Origin: Patescibacteria group bacterium
GTDB taxonomy: Bacteria; Patescibacteriota; Microgenomatia; Levybacterales; GWA1-39-11
Direction of reading: 5' to 3'
NCBI GenBank assembly: GCA_035549315.1
Contig: DASZRC010000027.1
Location: 4,514 to 68,513, forward strand
DNA length: 64,000 nt
In this document: positions 19,933 through 28,119 of the stretch, piece by piece
Position numbering within the stretch: the stretch's first letter is position 1
Layout of the letters: every line of letters begins with the position of its first letter
Position numbers and translations under genes: made by a program
Notes under the pieces: generated by a model
What the model was told of the DNA's origin: nothing
Databases searched by the model: none
What the model saw: only the letters and a program-made list of their open reading frames with translations

Positions 19933-20232
19933 TTGAAGAGATTTAGCCTCTTAAATTCAATTTAAACTATTATAACAGTATATGCAAAACATTTTAAAGC
20001 ATCATAACATTAGATTCTTAGAATTTTGCCCGATTTTTGAAATGCATGCGAATCAATTTGCCACTTCGAAGTTGAGTGCATGAGAAAGGAGTGAGTTTGT
20101 CAGGGGGATTCCTCACAAACTTGTTGAGGAGGGGGTGAAATCACCCGACTAAACGAACGAGCTTAGAGAGCACGAAACAAGACCGTGGCTAGAGCTTTTG
20201 ATACTTTTCGCGGTAGAAAAGTATAAAAAATA

Positions 20233-22116
20233 ATGGAAAACATTCTCAATAAACTAAACGCGGAACAAAAAGTTGCAGTTGTAGCAACAGAAGGACCAAT
20301 TATTGTTCTGGCAGGAGCAGGATCCGGGAAAACTCGTGTACTTATTAATCGCGCCCTTTATTTGGTAGTGGAGAAAAAAGTAAGACCGGAGAATATCTTA
20401 CTAGTTACATTTACAAATAAAGCTGCCGGAGAAATGCTTGAGAGGATTACCAAAACATTTAGCGAGTTCAAAATATCCGGCCAACCAATTGTTGGAACGT
20501 TTCATTCAATATGTTCAAAAATATTAAGACGGGATGGAAGAAGTATAAATATCCCAATAGGTTTCCAAATATTTGACGACCAAGACCAATTAGAAACTGT
20601 AAAGGAAGCTTTTTCTTTTCTAGATATTAGCATTAAAGACATAAAACCAAGGTCAGTACTTGCAACTATATCCCAGGCAAAAAACCAAATGATTGACCCT
20701 GCCTCTTATGAATCTTTTGCGCGGGGATATTTTCAGGAAACAGTTGCAAAAATTTACCCCATATATCAAGGCTTATTGCGGGACCATGAGGCCCTAGACT
20801 TTGATGACCTTATGCTAAAAACTATTGAGTTGTTTAAAAATGACCCAATTGTTTTGTCCCGCTACCAAGACCAATTCCAATATATTATGGTAGATGAGTA
20901 TCAGGATACAAATGAGGCCCAATTCCAACTTACAAAACTTCTTGCTGGAAAGGAAAGAAATGTTTGCATAGTTGGAGATTTCTCCCAAAGTATATATTCT
21001 TTCCGTGGGGCGGATTTTAGGAACTTGGAAAAATTTAAAAGGGATTTCCCGGAAAGTAAAACTTTCCCTCTTTCCCAAAACTATCGCTCTACCCAAAATA
21101 TTTTGAATGCTGCCTACTCTGTGATTTCCAATAATACAATGCACCCTGTTTTATCACTCTGGACACAAAACCATGAGGGAGAAGAAATAAAAATATTTCC
21201 GGCAAATAGCGAACACAATGAGGCAGAATTTATAATTGAAGAAATTACCCTTGCCCAATCACGTGACCCCCGCGTAAAGTTTTCTGATTTTGCCGTACTC
21301 TATAGAACAAATGCGCAATCAAGGGCCCTGGAAGAAACTTTTTTGCATAACTCTATTCCATATATATTAGTAGGTGGCACAAGATTTTATGAGAGACGGG
21401 AAGTAAAAGATGTTCTTTCATACATTGCCTACCTTGCAAATCCCAAAAACAAGGTTGCTCTAAAAAGAATTACAAAGCTTGGGAAAAGAAGATTAGAAAA
21501 ATTCCAAGAATTTGTAAAAGAATTCCAGGAAAATGATTATTTATCCAAGAAAACTACAATAGAAGTATTAGATGACGTGTTGAACAAATCTACTTACCTA
21601 AGTCTTTACAATGAAGAAGATCCGGAAGACAAGGCAAGACTTGAGAATATAAAAGAACTGCGCTCTGTGGCAATTGAATTTCCAAATCTTAATTTATTTT
21701 TGGAAAACGTAGCTCTTGTTGAACAGCAATATTCCTCTAATGGAGCGATGCCAGACCTGCCTGCCGGCAGGCAAGGTGGGCCAGTTGGGGAAAATCCGGA
21801 CGCTGTAACTCTTATGACAATGCACGCAGCAAAAGGACTAGAGTTTGGGACAGTGTTTATTGTTGGAATGGAAGAAGGATTATTCCCCCACTCCCAATCA
21901 ACTTTTGATACAGGAGAACTGGAAGAAGAAAGAAGACTTTGCTATGTTGGAATAACAAGGGCCCGCCACAAACTTTATCTTACTTTTGCAAAAAGAAGAT
22001 TATATTTTGGACAACTTGTAAGTAATTCTATTTCCAGATTTATTTTTGAACTTCCGGAAGAAGTTTTGAAAGCAAATTATATAGAAAGAATAGCCAATGA
22101 ACCGGAGTGGATGTGA
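20233..22116 (+). CDS. uvrD: ATP-dependent DNA helicase, UvrD/PcrA (SF1) family
   Basis: Motif I is VLAGAGSGKT, motif II is VDEYQDTN, motif V is TLMTMHAAKGLEF and motif VI is YVGITRAR. A 7-codon palindromic-element insertion (DLPAGRQ) lies just upstream of motif V. Confidence 0.85.
   Translation: MENILNKLNAEQKVAVVATEGPIIVLAGAGSGKTRVLINRALYLVVEKKVRPENILLVTFTNKAAGEMLERITKTFSEFKISGQPIVGTFHSICSKILRRDGRSINIPIGFQIFDDQDQLETVKEAFSFLDISIKDIKPRSVLATISQAKNQMIDPASYESFARGYFQETVAKIYPIYQGLLRDHEALDFDDLMLKTIELFKNDPIVLSRYQDQFQYIMVDEYQDTNEAQFQLTKLLAGKERNVCIVGDFSQSIYSFRGADFRNLEKFKRDFPESKTFPLSQNYRSTQNILNAAYSVISNNTMHPVLSLWTQNHEGEEIKIFPANSEHNEAEFIIEEITLAQSRDPRVKFSDFAVLYRTNAQSRALEETFLHNSIPYILVGGTRFYERREVKDVLSYIAYLANPKNKVALKRITKLGKRRLEKFQEFVKEFQENDYLSKKTTIEVLDDVLNKSTYLSLYNEEDPEDKARLENIKELRSVAIEFPNLNLFLENVALVEQQYSSNGAMPDLPAGRQGGPVGENPDAVTLMTMHAAKGLEFGTVFIVGMEEGLFPHSQSTFDTGELEEERRLCYVGITRARHKLYLTFAKRRLYFGQLVSNSISRFIFELPEEVLKANYIERIANEPEWM
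21754..21775. repeat. Palindromic element GACCTGCCTGCCGGCAGGCAAG, copy 1, inserted in-frame in the helicase CDS where it encodes DLPAGRQ
   Basis: A 19/20 perfect palindrome, read directly from the sequence. Confidence 0.85.
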
Positions 22117-22158
22117 TAATATCATTAAAACATTAACAGATTAAAAATTAACGAACTA

Positions 22159-22183
22159 CGAATCCGCCAGCTGGCGGACGAAC
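22159..22183. repeat. 25-bp element CGAATCCGCCAGCTGGCGGACGAAC with a 16-bp perfect palindrome core (TCCGCCAGCTGGCGGA, containing CAGCTG). It is flanked by CGAACTAC direct repeats.
   Basis: Identical in reverse orientation at 60154..60178. Confidence 0.8.
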
Positions 22184-22240
22184 TACAATTAGTATTTGGT
22201 ATATGGTAAATAGTGTATAGTAAATGTTAAACAATGTATT

Positions 22241-23203
22241 ATGCCTGACGATATTGAAACTCACCTTCCGAGTCAAAACGAAGTAGAAAAAAACCTAGCA
22301 GAACTCAAGGCAAGAGCTCAAGCAGCTTTTCCTGATGCAGCTGATATATCACTTGAAGAAAGTTATAGAGATATAGAATCCGATCCAGATAACTTTTTTG
22401 CGACAGGAAAATCAAATAATGAAACTATAAGGGCTTATTATGATTATCAAACAGATCTAGAAGATGGAGATATTATTTTTAAAGAATCTTCTGCATCTAT
22501 TATCAATTTCACTGATGGATATATTAATTTTTACAAAATTGGGAGGAAAAAAGGAAATGATAGCCTCAACGATACGGAACATGCCGAAGATGAATGCCTA
22601 ACTATTAAATCGGATAAAGAAGGTAAAGCAATATCCTACATCTTTAATAACCCAAAAGGAAATGACTACCGAATAAATGAATTGAGGACTATGAGAGAAA
22701 CGATAGATAATCCAGACGGAGCAGATATTGAAGGGCCTATAACAAATATCACCATTAGCTATGGACCTGATGGTAACCTATCACACTTTTGGCCACCGCA
22801 GTTTGAAGATTTTTTTGTGAATTCAACTAAAGGTAATTCCACCGAAGAAGTAGATCAATATCTTAAAGATCCCAATCAAGATAGTATTAGTTTTAGAATT
22901 ATAGACACACACCTTGACATAACATACAAGAAAACCGATGACGAACATCTTGGAGTTTTTAACGTAATTATTAAAGACCAAGAAGGAAAGCCTAGATACA
23001 GACTACAGATGTTTAGAAAAATAGATCCAGAAGAAATTGCTGACGCTCTGGACTTTGATCAATTACTCGCTCATCCCGACCAGCCGGCGAATGGGATAGT
23101 AGATGAAAATGGTGAGAATAGAAGATCTTGGGGAGACCTTGAATGGAGACGAGCTAGCTTTCCTGATCTTACCGGCATACACATAACTCCTCTTGATATA
23201 TAA
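22241..23203 (+). CDS. Hypothetical acidic protein (320 aa)
   Basis: ORF only. No recognizable motifs. Confidence 0.45.
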   Translation: MPDDIETHLPSQNEVEKNLAELKARAQAAFPDAADISLEESYRDIESDPDNFFATGKSNNETIRAYYDYQTDLEDGDIIFKESSASIINFTDGYINFYKIGRKKGNDSLNDTEHAEDECLTIKSDKEGKAISYIFNNPKGNDYRINELRTMRETIDNPDGADIEGPITNITISYGPDGNLSHFWPPQFEDFFVNSTKGNSTEEVDQYLKDPNQDSISFRIIDTHLDITYKKTDDEHLGVFNVIIKDQEGKPRYRLQMFRKIDPEEIADALDFDQLLAHPDQPANGIVDENGENRRSWGDLEWRRASFPDLTGIHITPLDI

Positions 23204-24290
23204 TCTAATAATGGATCAGTTCATTGATATCACAGAGGAAAATAGAGATGATTACAACAAAGTTGTTGATCATCCACTCCAATCCTATGAGTGGGGAGAA
23301 TTTCGCAAAAAAACCGGAGTAAAAGTAATAAGACGCGGACTTGTCAGAGACCTGCCTGCCGGCAGGCAGGTTGTCGATGGATTTACACTAACCCTTCATA
23401 AGGTTCCAAAAACAAAATACTACATTGGCTATCTTCCAAAAGGAAACAAACCCACCCCCCAAATCTTGGAAGAAATAAAAAGAATAGGAATAGAAAATAA
23501 ATGCATATTTATTCAACTCGAACCAAATTTGGTCAATGGTCAATGGTCAATGGTCAAAGGTTTTAATTTAAAACGCGCAGCACATCCACTGTTTACCAAA
23601 TACACTTTTGTTCTTAACATGCAACATACCGAAGAGGAATTGTTAAAAAATATGCATCCAAAAACTCGCTACAACATAAGGGTTGCAGAAAAACACGGGG
23701 TCAAAGTAAAAGAAGATAATTCAGAATCTGCTTTTAATAACTACCTTAAACTTATGACAGAAACAACAGACAGACAAGGATTCTATGCGCACACCCCTTC
23801 TTATCATAAACACTTATGGGAGATTTTATCAAAAAACGAAAAACGAACCACGAACCACAATTCCTTAACATATCATCTTATTAATGCAACCTATAAGCCC
23901 ACGACTAACGACGAACGAACTACAAATAACGATGCAGTTTTAACATCTTGGGTTTTGTTTGTTTTCCATGACCATCTCTATTATCCGTATGGCGCTTCAA
24001 GCCGCCTGTACCGCGAAACAATGTCTAATAACTTAGTTGCATGGGAAGCAATAAAGTTTGGTAAAAAATTGGGATTAAAAGATTTTGATATGTGGGGAGC
24101 GCTAGGTCCGGAGCCAGATAAGAATGATCCTTGGTATGGATTCCATAGATTCAAACAAGGGTATGGTGCAGAACTTGTGGAATTTGTAGGAAGCTACGAC
24201 TTAGTTATAAAACCCGCTTCTTATGAAGTTTATAAAGTTATGGATAAGCTGCGCTGGGCCGCATTAAGAGTCAAAAAAATGATTGGGTAA
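23193..24290 (+). CDS. FemAB/FemX-family peptidoglycan-bridge (aminoacyl-tRNA-dependent) peptidyltransferase
   Basis: The N-terminal motif HPLQSYEWGEF is a FemX/MurM-type motif, and the C-terminal region reads …HDHLYYPYGASS…GYGAELVEF. The CDS contains a palindromic-element insertion (DLPAGRQ), a (GGTCAAT)4 tandem repeat and a low-complexity insertion. Confidence 0.65.
   Translation: MIYNLIMDQFIDITEENRDDYNKVVDHPLQSYEWGEFRKKTGVKVIRRGLVRDLPAGRQVVDGFTLTLHKVPKTKYYIGYLPKGNKPTPQILEEIKRIGIENKCIFIQLEPNLVNGQWSMVKGFNLKRAAHPLFTKYTFVLNMQHTEEELLKNMHPKTRYNIRVAEKHGVKVKEDNSESAFNNYLKLMTETTDRQGFYAHTPSYHKHLWEILSKNEKRTTNHNSLTYHLINATYKPTTNDERTTNNDAVLTSWVLFVFHDHLYYPYGASSRLYRETMSNNLVAWEAIKFGKKLGLKDFDMWGALGPEPDKNDPWYGFHRFKQGYGAELVEFVGSYDLVIKPASYEVYKVMDKLRWAALRVKKMIG
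23348..23369. repeat. Palindromic element GACCTGCCTGCCGGCAGGCAGG, copy 2 (a perfect 20-bp palindrome), inserted in-frame in the FemAB-like CDS where it encodes DLPAGRQ
   Basis: Seen in the sequence. Confidence 0.85.
23531..23558. repeat. Heptanucleotide tandem repeat (GGTCAAT)x3 plus GGTCAAA, lying inside the FemAB-like CDS where it encodes NGQWSMVKG
   Basis: Seen in the sequence. The unit length is not a multiple of 3. Confidence 0.85.
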
Positions 24291-24984
24291 GATGGATAGT
24301 TATTCTCAAAAACAATCAGAAGAGATAGAAAGAATTGAGCGGGCTTTTAAAAGCGGCAATAATCCTTCTCAAGTTGTTGAACCGGTAGATGATTACGCAA
24401 ATGACAACAGACTTTGTCTAACTAGCGTTGTATTCTTGCCAAAAGAGATAACAGAAATTATTACCAACAAATTAATAGAGCCATTAAGAAAGCTTGATGA
24501 AAAACAATATTTCTTTCCCCCGGAATCAATGCACATCACAATAAATAATATTAGAGTTATAAATGACCCTCCGCATTTTAATGATGATGATATAGAAAAG
24601 ACCAAAGAAGTTTTTGGCAGAGTCATCCCAAAATATAAAATGATTAATTTTGACCTAAGGGGATTATGGGACTTACCAACAAGTCTTGCATTAAAAGCCT
24701 TTACCGACGAAAGATTCGGGAATCTAGCAATGGAAATAAGAAAAGAATTGAAAAATGCAGGCGTCCCGGATGATAAATCTTATGGATCAAATGATGTTGT
24801 AATAGGGAGCTCAACAATTGTTCGCTACACATCAAAACCAAATGAAAAATTTATGAAAAAAATAGAAGAACTAAAAAATATTAAGGTTGGATCTTTTGAT
24901 GCAAAAGATATAAAACTTATTGTTACCAACGCAGTTGACCACCCAAACAAAACAAAAATTATAGAATCATTTAGTTTATCTTGA
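24283..24984 (+). CDS. Hypothetical protein, possibly a 2H-phosphoesterase/LigT-like. Only one clear H-x-T-x motif (MHITI) is present.
   Basis: One HxTx motif. The start overlaps the stop of the upstream gene. Confidence 0.3.
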   Translation: MGKMDSYSQKQSEEIERIERAFKSGNNPSQVVEPVDDYANDNRLCLTSVVFLPKEITEIITNKLIEPLRKLDEKQYFFPPESMHITINNIRVINDPPHFNDDDIEKTKEVFGRVIPKYKMINFDLRGLWDLPTSLALKAFTDERFGNLAMEIRKELKNAGVPDDKSYGSNDVVIGSSTIVRYTSKPNEKFMKKIEELKNIKVGSFDAKDIKLIVTNAVDHPNKTKIIESFSLS

Positions 24985-25009
24985 AATTATTGTTTGATAT
25001 AATTCCTCC

Positions 25010-25843
25010 ATGTCATCAATAGAAAGCGCAATTTCCGGGTTCCAATATAAAATTGCAGAAAAAAAATTACCAATTCAACAAGAAGATGCAAGAAATTTTG
25101 CAACAGCAGTAATGGATTATTCTCCACCGGAAGGATTTTTTGATGCAATTGCTGATTCAATGCAATATATACCAAAAAGACAATTTAATAGAGACCTCCA
25201 AAAAGCAGCTAGGGAAGGAAATGCGTTAACATCTGATAAACCTTATTATGCGGTAGTTCACCATAATCCAGGAAGCGGAATATGGGTATATAGAAATTTG
25301 GTAGACCGCGGAATGAAACCAGCAGAAAAAGTCATCAATAGAAACTCAAGAGAAATGGGAGCAATACTGGAAAAATATAATATAGATAAAGAAGCACTAC
25401 TTGGTGAAATACCAAAAGACACACACATATTAGTACCTGATGATTTATCAATAACCGGTAGCCAAATTGCAGATGAAATGCTTGGGCTCTTACCGCCTGG
25501 TTATTTCAAACAATCTGTTTTGTTATTATATTCATCAGATTATGCTGACTCTGCAATAAATGATGTTGATCCAAAAATAAAAGTTATTAGAGTTGGGCAA
25601 AAAATAAAAAATTTTGGGGATCTAGATCCAAAGATATTTGAGTTTATAAGCAGACTAAATGATCATGCAAATATGGCGAGGGATGGCGCAACAGAAGAAA
25701 CTGAGTCACTTTTTTGGACTTGGTATAAAATACCAGATAGAATCCCGCATATTTTTCTAGGTAAAGGTGGGTTGCCAGTTTTGATAAGACGGCAAGACTT
25801 TCAACCTCCTTATGAAAATGATTATTCTTTATTGGAGAGGTAG
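25010..25843 (+). CDS. Hypothetical protein (277 aa)
   Basis: ORF only. Confidence 0.45.
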   Translation: MSSIESAISGFQYKIAEKKLPIQQEDARNFATAVMDYSPPEGFFDAIADSMQYIPKRQFNRDLQKAAREGNALTSDKPYYAVVHHNPGSGIWVYRNLVDRGMKPAEKVINRNSREMGAILEKYNIDKEALLGEIPKDTHILVPDDLSITGSQIADEMLGLLPPGYFKQSVLLLYSSDYADSAINDVDPKIKVIRVGQKIKNFGDLDPKIFEFISRLNDHANMARDGATEETESLFWTWYKIPDRIPHIFLGKGGLPVLIRRQDFQPPYENDYSLLER

Positions 25844-26262
25844 TCGCGGATCATTGTAAGTTCTGCGGTATGTTCTGCGGTGTGGGCTGTTATAAAAATT
25901 AATCCTCCCCCAACACTATCAATTACCATTTCTCCCATTGGGGTTTCTTCACTCAATTTATCATCTAGCTTTAGACTTCTTGTTCCAAAATCTTCAACTG
26001 CATCAAGCGCCATATCTATTGATGCATTAATATCTTCCAGACTATGTTCACTACCATATTCTGCATCCTTATCCCTTTCAAATTCTAACCCCATAATTTT
26101 CACTCTTAACCAAAAGTTGGCAGACTGAGCGGCATGAAAAGCAACTTGATTTACTTTTGTTCCTTCTTTGTAAACTTGTTTATTAATATCTACCTCGTTA
26201 ACTACTGTTTTAAGTTTTGTAAGATATGACTTTAATCTTTGTGCCGGATTATTCTTTTCCAT
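25822..26262 (-). CDS. DinB/YfiT-like (DinB_2) four-helix-bundle metal-dependent protein
   Basis: Histidine-rich helices (…FHAAQSANFW…, …ITAHTAEHTAEL…) are typical of the DinB superfamily. Confidence 0.4.
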   Translation of the reverse strand: MEKNNPAQRLKSYLTKLKTVVNEVDINKQVYKEGTKVNQVAFHAAQSANFWLRVKIMGLEFERDKDAEYGSEHSLEDINASIDMALDAVEDFGTRSLKLDDKLSEETPMGEMVIDSVGGGLIFITAHTAEHTAELTMIRDYLSNKE

Positions 26263-26303
26263 ATTTAATATTCTAACTCTTTAACCCGTTAACCCGCAAC
26301 TCT

Positions 26304-26855
26304 TTAACTAACCTTATACAAGTGCATTTTGTTTTCTTTATCCGTTTGTACAAAAGTTAATTCCGGGCCAGATGAATCTTTTGACGCAGAGGGAAATTCA
26401 TAATTAAAACTTACAACCCTTGTTCCTTTTTTAAGTTCTTTTAAAAGTTTTGGTTTTAGTTTTTCCAAAACTCTTGGCACTAAATATACAAATACTACTG
26501 TTGCGGAAGATAAATCTTCTTCAAAAAAATTGGCTTTTTTTAATTTAACTTTTTTGCCCAATTTATTTTTCTTAACATTTATCATGGCAATTATGTGGCG
26601 CGTTGGGTCTATTTCTATTCCCACACTTTGTGCTCCAAATTTTTTGGAAGCTACTACCAAAAATGTTGCATCCCCACTACCCAATTCATATACCAAATCA
26701 TTCTCTGTGATATTGGCAAGAGTTGCTGCTGCCATTGCCTTCTTTCCATTTGTTCTCCACCATGGACTCCAAGGACTATCAGGAGGCCAAACCCAAGAAA
26801 GAATGATAAGCAAAAAACCTATGAAGATAAGAAGGATGATGTTAATAATTTCCAT
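26304..26855 (-). CDS. Class I SAM-dependent methyltransferase with an N-terminal TM anchor
   Basis: Motif I is VYELGSGDATF, and an acidic motif II follows. Confidence 0.55.
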   Translation of the reverse strand: MEIINIILLIFIGFLLIILSWVWPPDSPWSPWWRTNGKKAMAAATLANITENDLVYELGSGDATFLVVASKKFGAQSVGIEIDPTRHIIAMINVKKNKLGKKVKLKKANFFEEDLSSATVVFVYLVPRVLEKLKPKLLKELKKGTRVVSFNYEFPSASKDSSGPELTFVQTDKENKMHLYKVS

Positions 26856-26993
26856 ATAGTTAGATATTCGAAAGTCGCTGGTCGTGATTAGCCGAAGCAG
26901 GCATAATAGTATTTTAGCATGGAAGTGATAGAATCATAAGTAGAATATCAGACCGAAGAATACAAGATTCTTCTCCGATAAATCGGTATCAGA

Positions 26994-27545
26994 ATGACAA
27001 ACGTAAAAATGACTATTGAAGAGATTGCCAAACAACATAAATTTTGTTTTATTTGCGCCGGTGTTTTGGAATACAAAGAAAAGAATTTATTAATCTGCAC
27101 AAAATGCGGTTACCACAAATACATTAATCCAGTCCCATGCAACGGGGCTTTGTTGAAAAATTCTAAAGGTGAAATATTACTTATAGAAAGGCGAATTGAC
27201 CCAATGAAAGGTTATTGGGATTTTCCCGGAGGATTTGTAGATTTGGATGAAAATATAGAAGAATCAATGGCTCGTGAATTAAAGGAGGAAACAGATCTTA
27301 CTATTGTAGATTTAAAATATTTTTGTTCAGAATATGATATTTATACTTATGATGGAATTACCTTTCCCACCCTGGGGTCAATATTTACGGGAACAATTCC
27401 CGACGGTCAAGAAATTACGGTTCACGATGATGTTGCAAGTTACAAATTTTTTGAACCAAGCAAACTCCCATTTGATAAACTCGCTTTCAAAAGTGTAGAA
27501 AAGGCGCTTAAAACCTTAATTGCGGAAAACGCGATTGACCTCTAA
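26994..27545 (+). CDS. NUDIX hydrolase with an N-terminal zinc ribbon (NudC-like)
   Basis: A C-x2-C…C-x2-C zinc ribbon is followed by the Nudix box GGFVDLDENIEESMARELKEETDL. Confidence 0.75.
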   Translation: MTNVKMTIEEIAKQHKFCFICAGVLEYKEKNLLICTKCGYHKYINPVPCNGALLKNSKGEILLIERRIDPMKGYWDFPGGFVDLDENIEESMARELKEETDLTIVDLKYFCSEYDIYTYDGITFPTLGSIFTGTIPDGQEITVHDDVASYKFFEPSKLPFDKLAFKSVEKALKTLIAENAIDL

Positions 27546-28101
27546 AAGGCTCTATTCTTTTAGCAACATCTAGGATATTCTTTTGGAGTTGATTCATGTC
27601 TGTAGTTAAAGAACCACCCACTTCTCTTACTGGTATTGCAGTTCCCGTATATCTCTCTACCTGTTCCGCGATAGTTTCATTTTTCCCTCCATCCAAATAA
27701 GACTGGTCATACATGACTTTTAAACCTCCTGCCAAACCCACGATAAAACGCCTAACGTGATTTCCAGATGCCCATTCTAAATATGAGGCTGCAACACCCG
27801 TAGAATAGTATCCTGTCTTTATGTAATCGTCTCCACCACCCATTCCAAATTCTCCCTCTACGACTCCGTCGCTAGAGTCTATTTTCCCTTGTCCCTCTAG
27901 CAACTCTTCATTTATGGCTGCCAAAATACTCTCAACTCCAATCTGCTCATTTAGGAAAACTCTCGCCTTATGCATCTCAACTTCTGCGCCTTGCTTCTCT
28001 ATTTGTTCTCCCACAACAGATTCCGCAACCTTCACAACTCCAGCAGTCATCTCTGCCTCTCTAGCTGCTTTAATTTTCCTGAGATCTTCAATAAAACCCA
28101 T
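27508..28101 (-). CDS. Hypothetical protein (197 aa)
   Basis: The ORF converges on, and overlaps, the 3' end of the Nudix gene by 38 bp. Confidence 0.35.
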   Translation of the reverse strand: MGFIEDLRKIKAAREAEMTAGVVKVAESVVGEQIEKQGAEVEMHKARVFLNEQIGVESILAAINEELLEGQGKIDSSDGVVEGEFGMGGGDDYIKTGYYSTGVAASYLEWASGNHVRRFIVGLAGGLKVMYDQSYLDGGKNETIAEQVERYTGTAIPVREVGGSLTTDMNQLQKNILDVAKRIEPFRGQSRFPQLRF

Positions 28102-28119
28102 AAGGAGGATATTATACCA

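Noticed and set aside
19933-20232. RNase P RNA or SRP RNA in the tpiA-uvrD spacer
   Set aside because: The region is too short for RNase P RNA, and neither the P4 motifs nor the SRP domain IV consensus (…AGGAAGCAGCC…) are recognisable. It is reported only as an unassigned GC-rich candidate.
26530-26891. Plus-strand ORFs 26530..26859 and 26595..26891
   Set aside because: They are antisense shadows of the SAM-methyltransferase gene 26304..26855.
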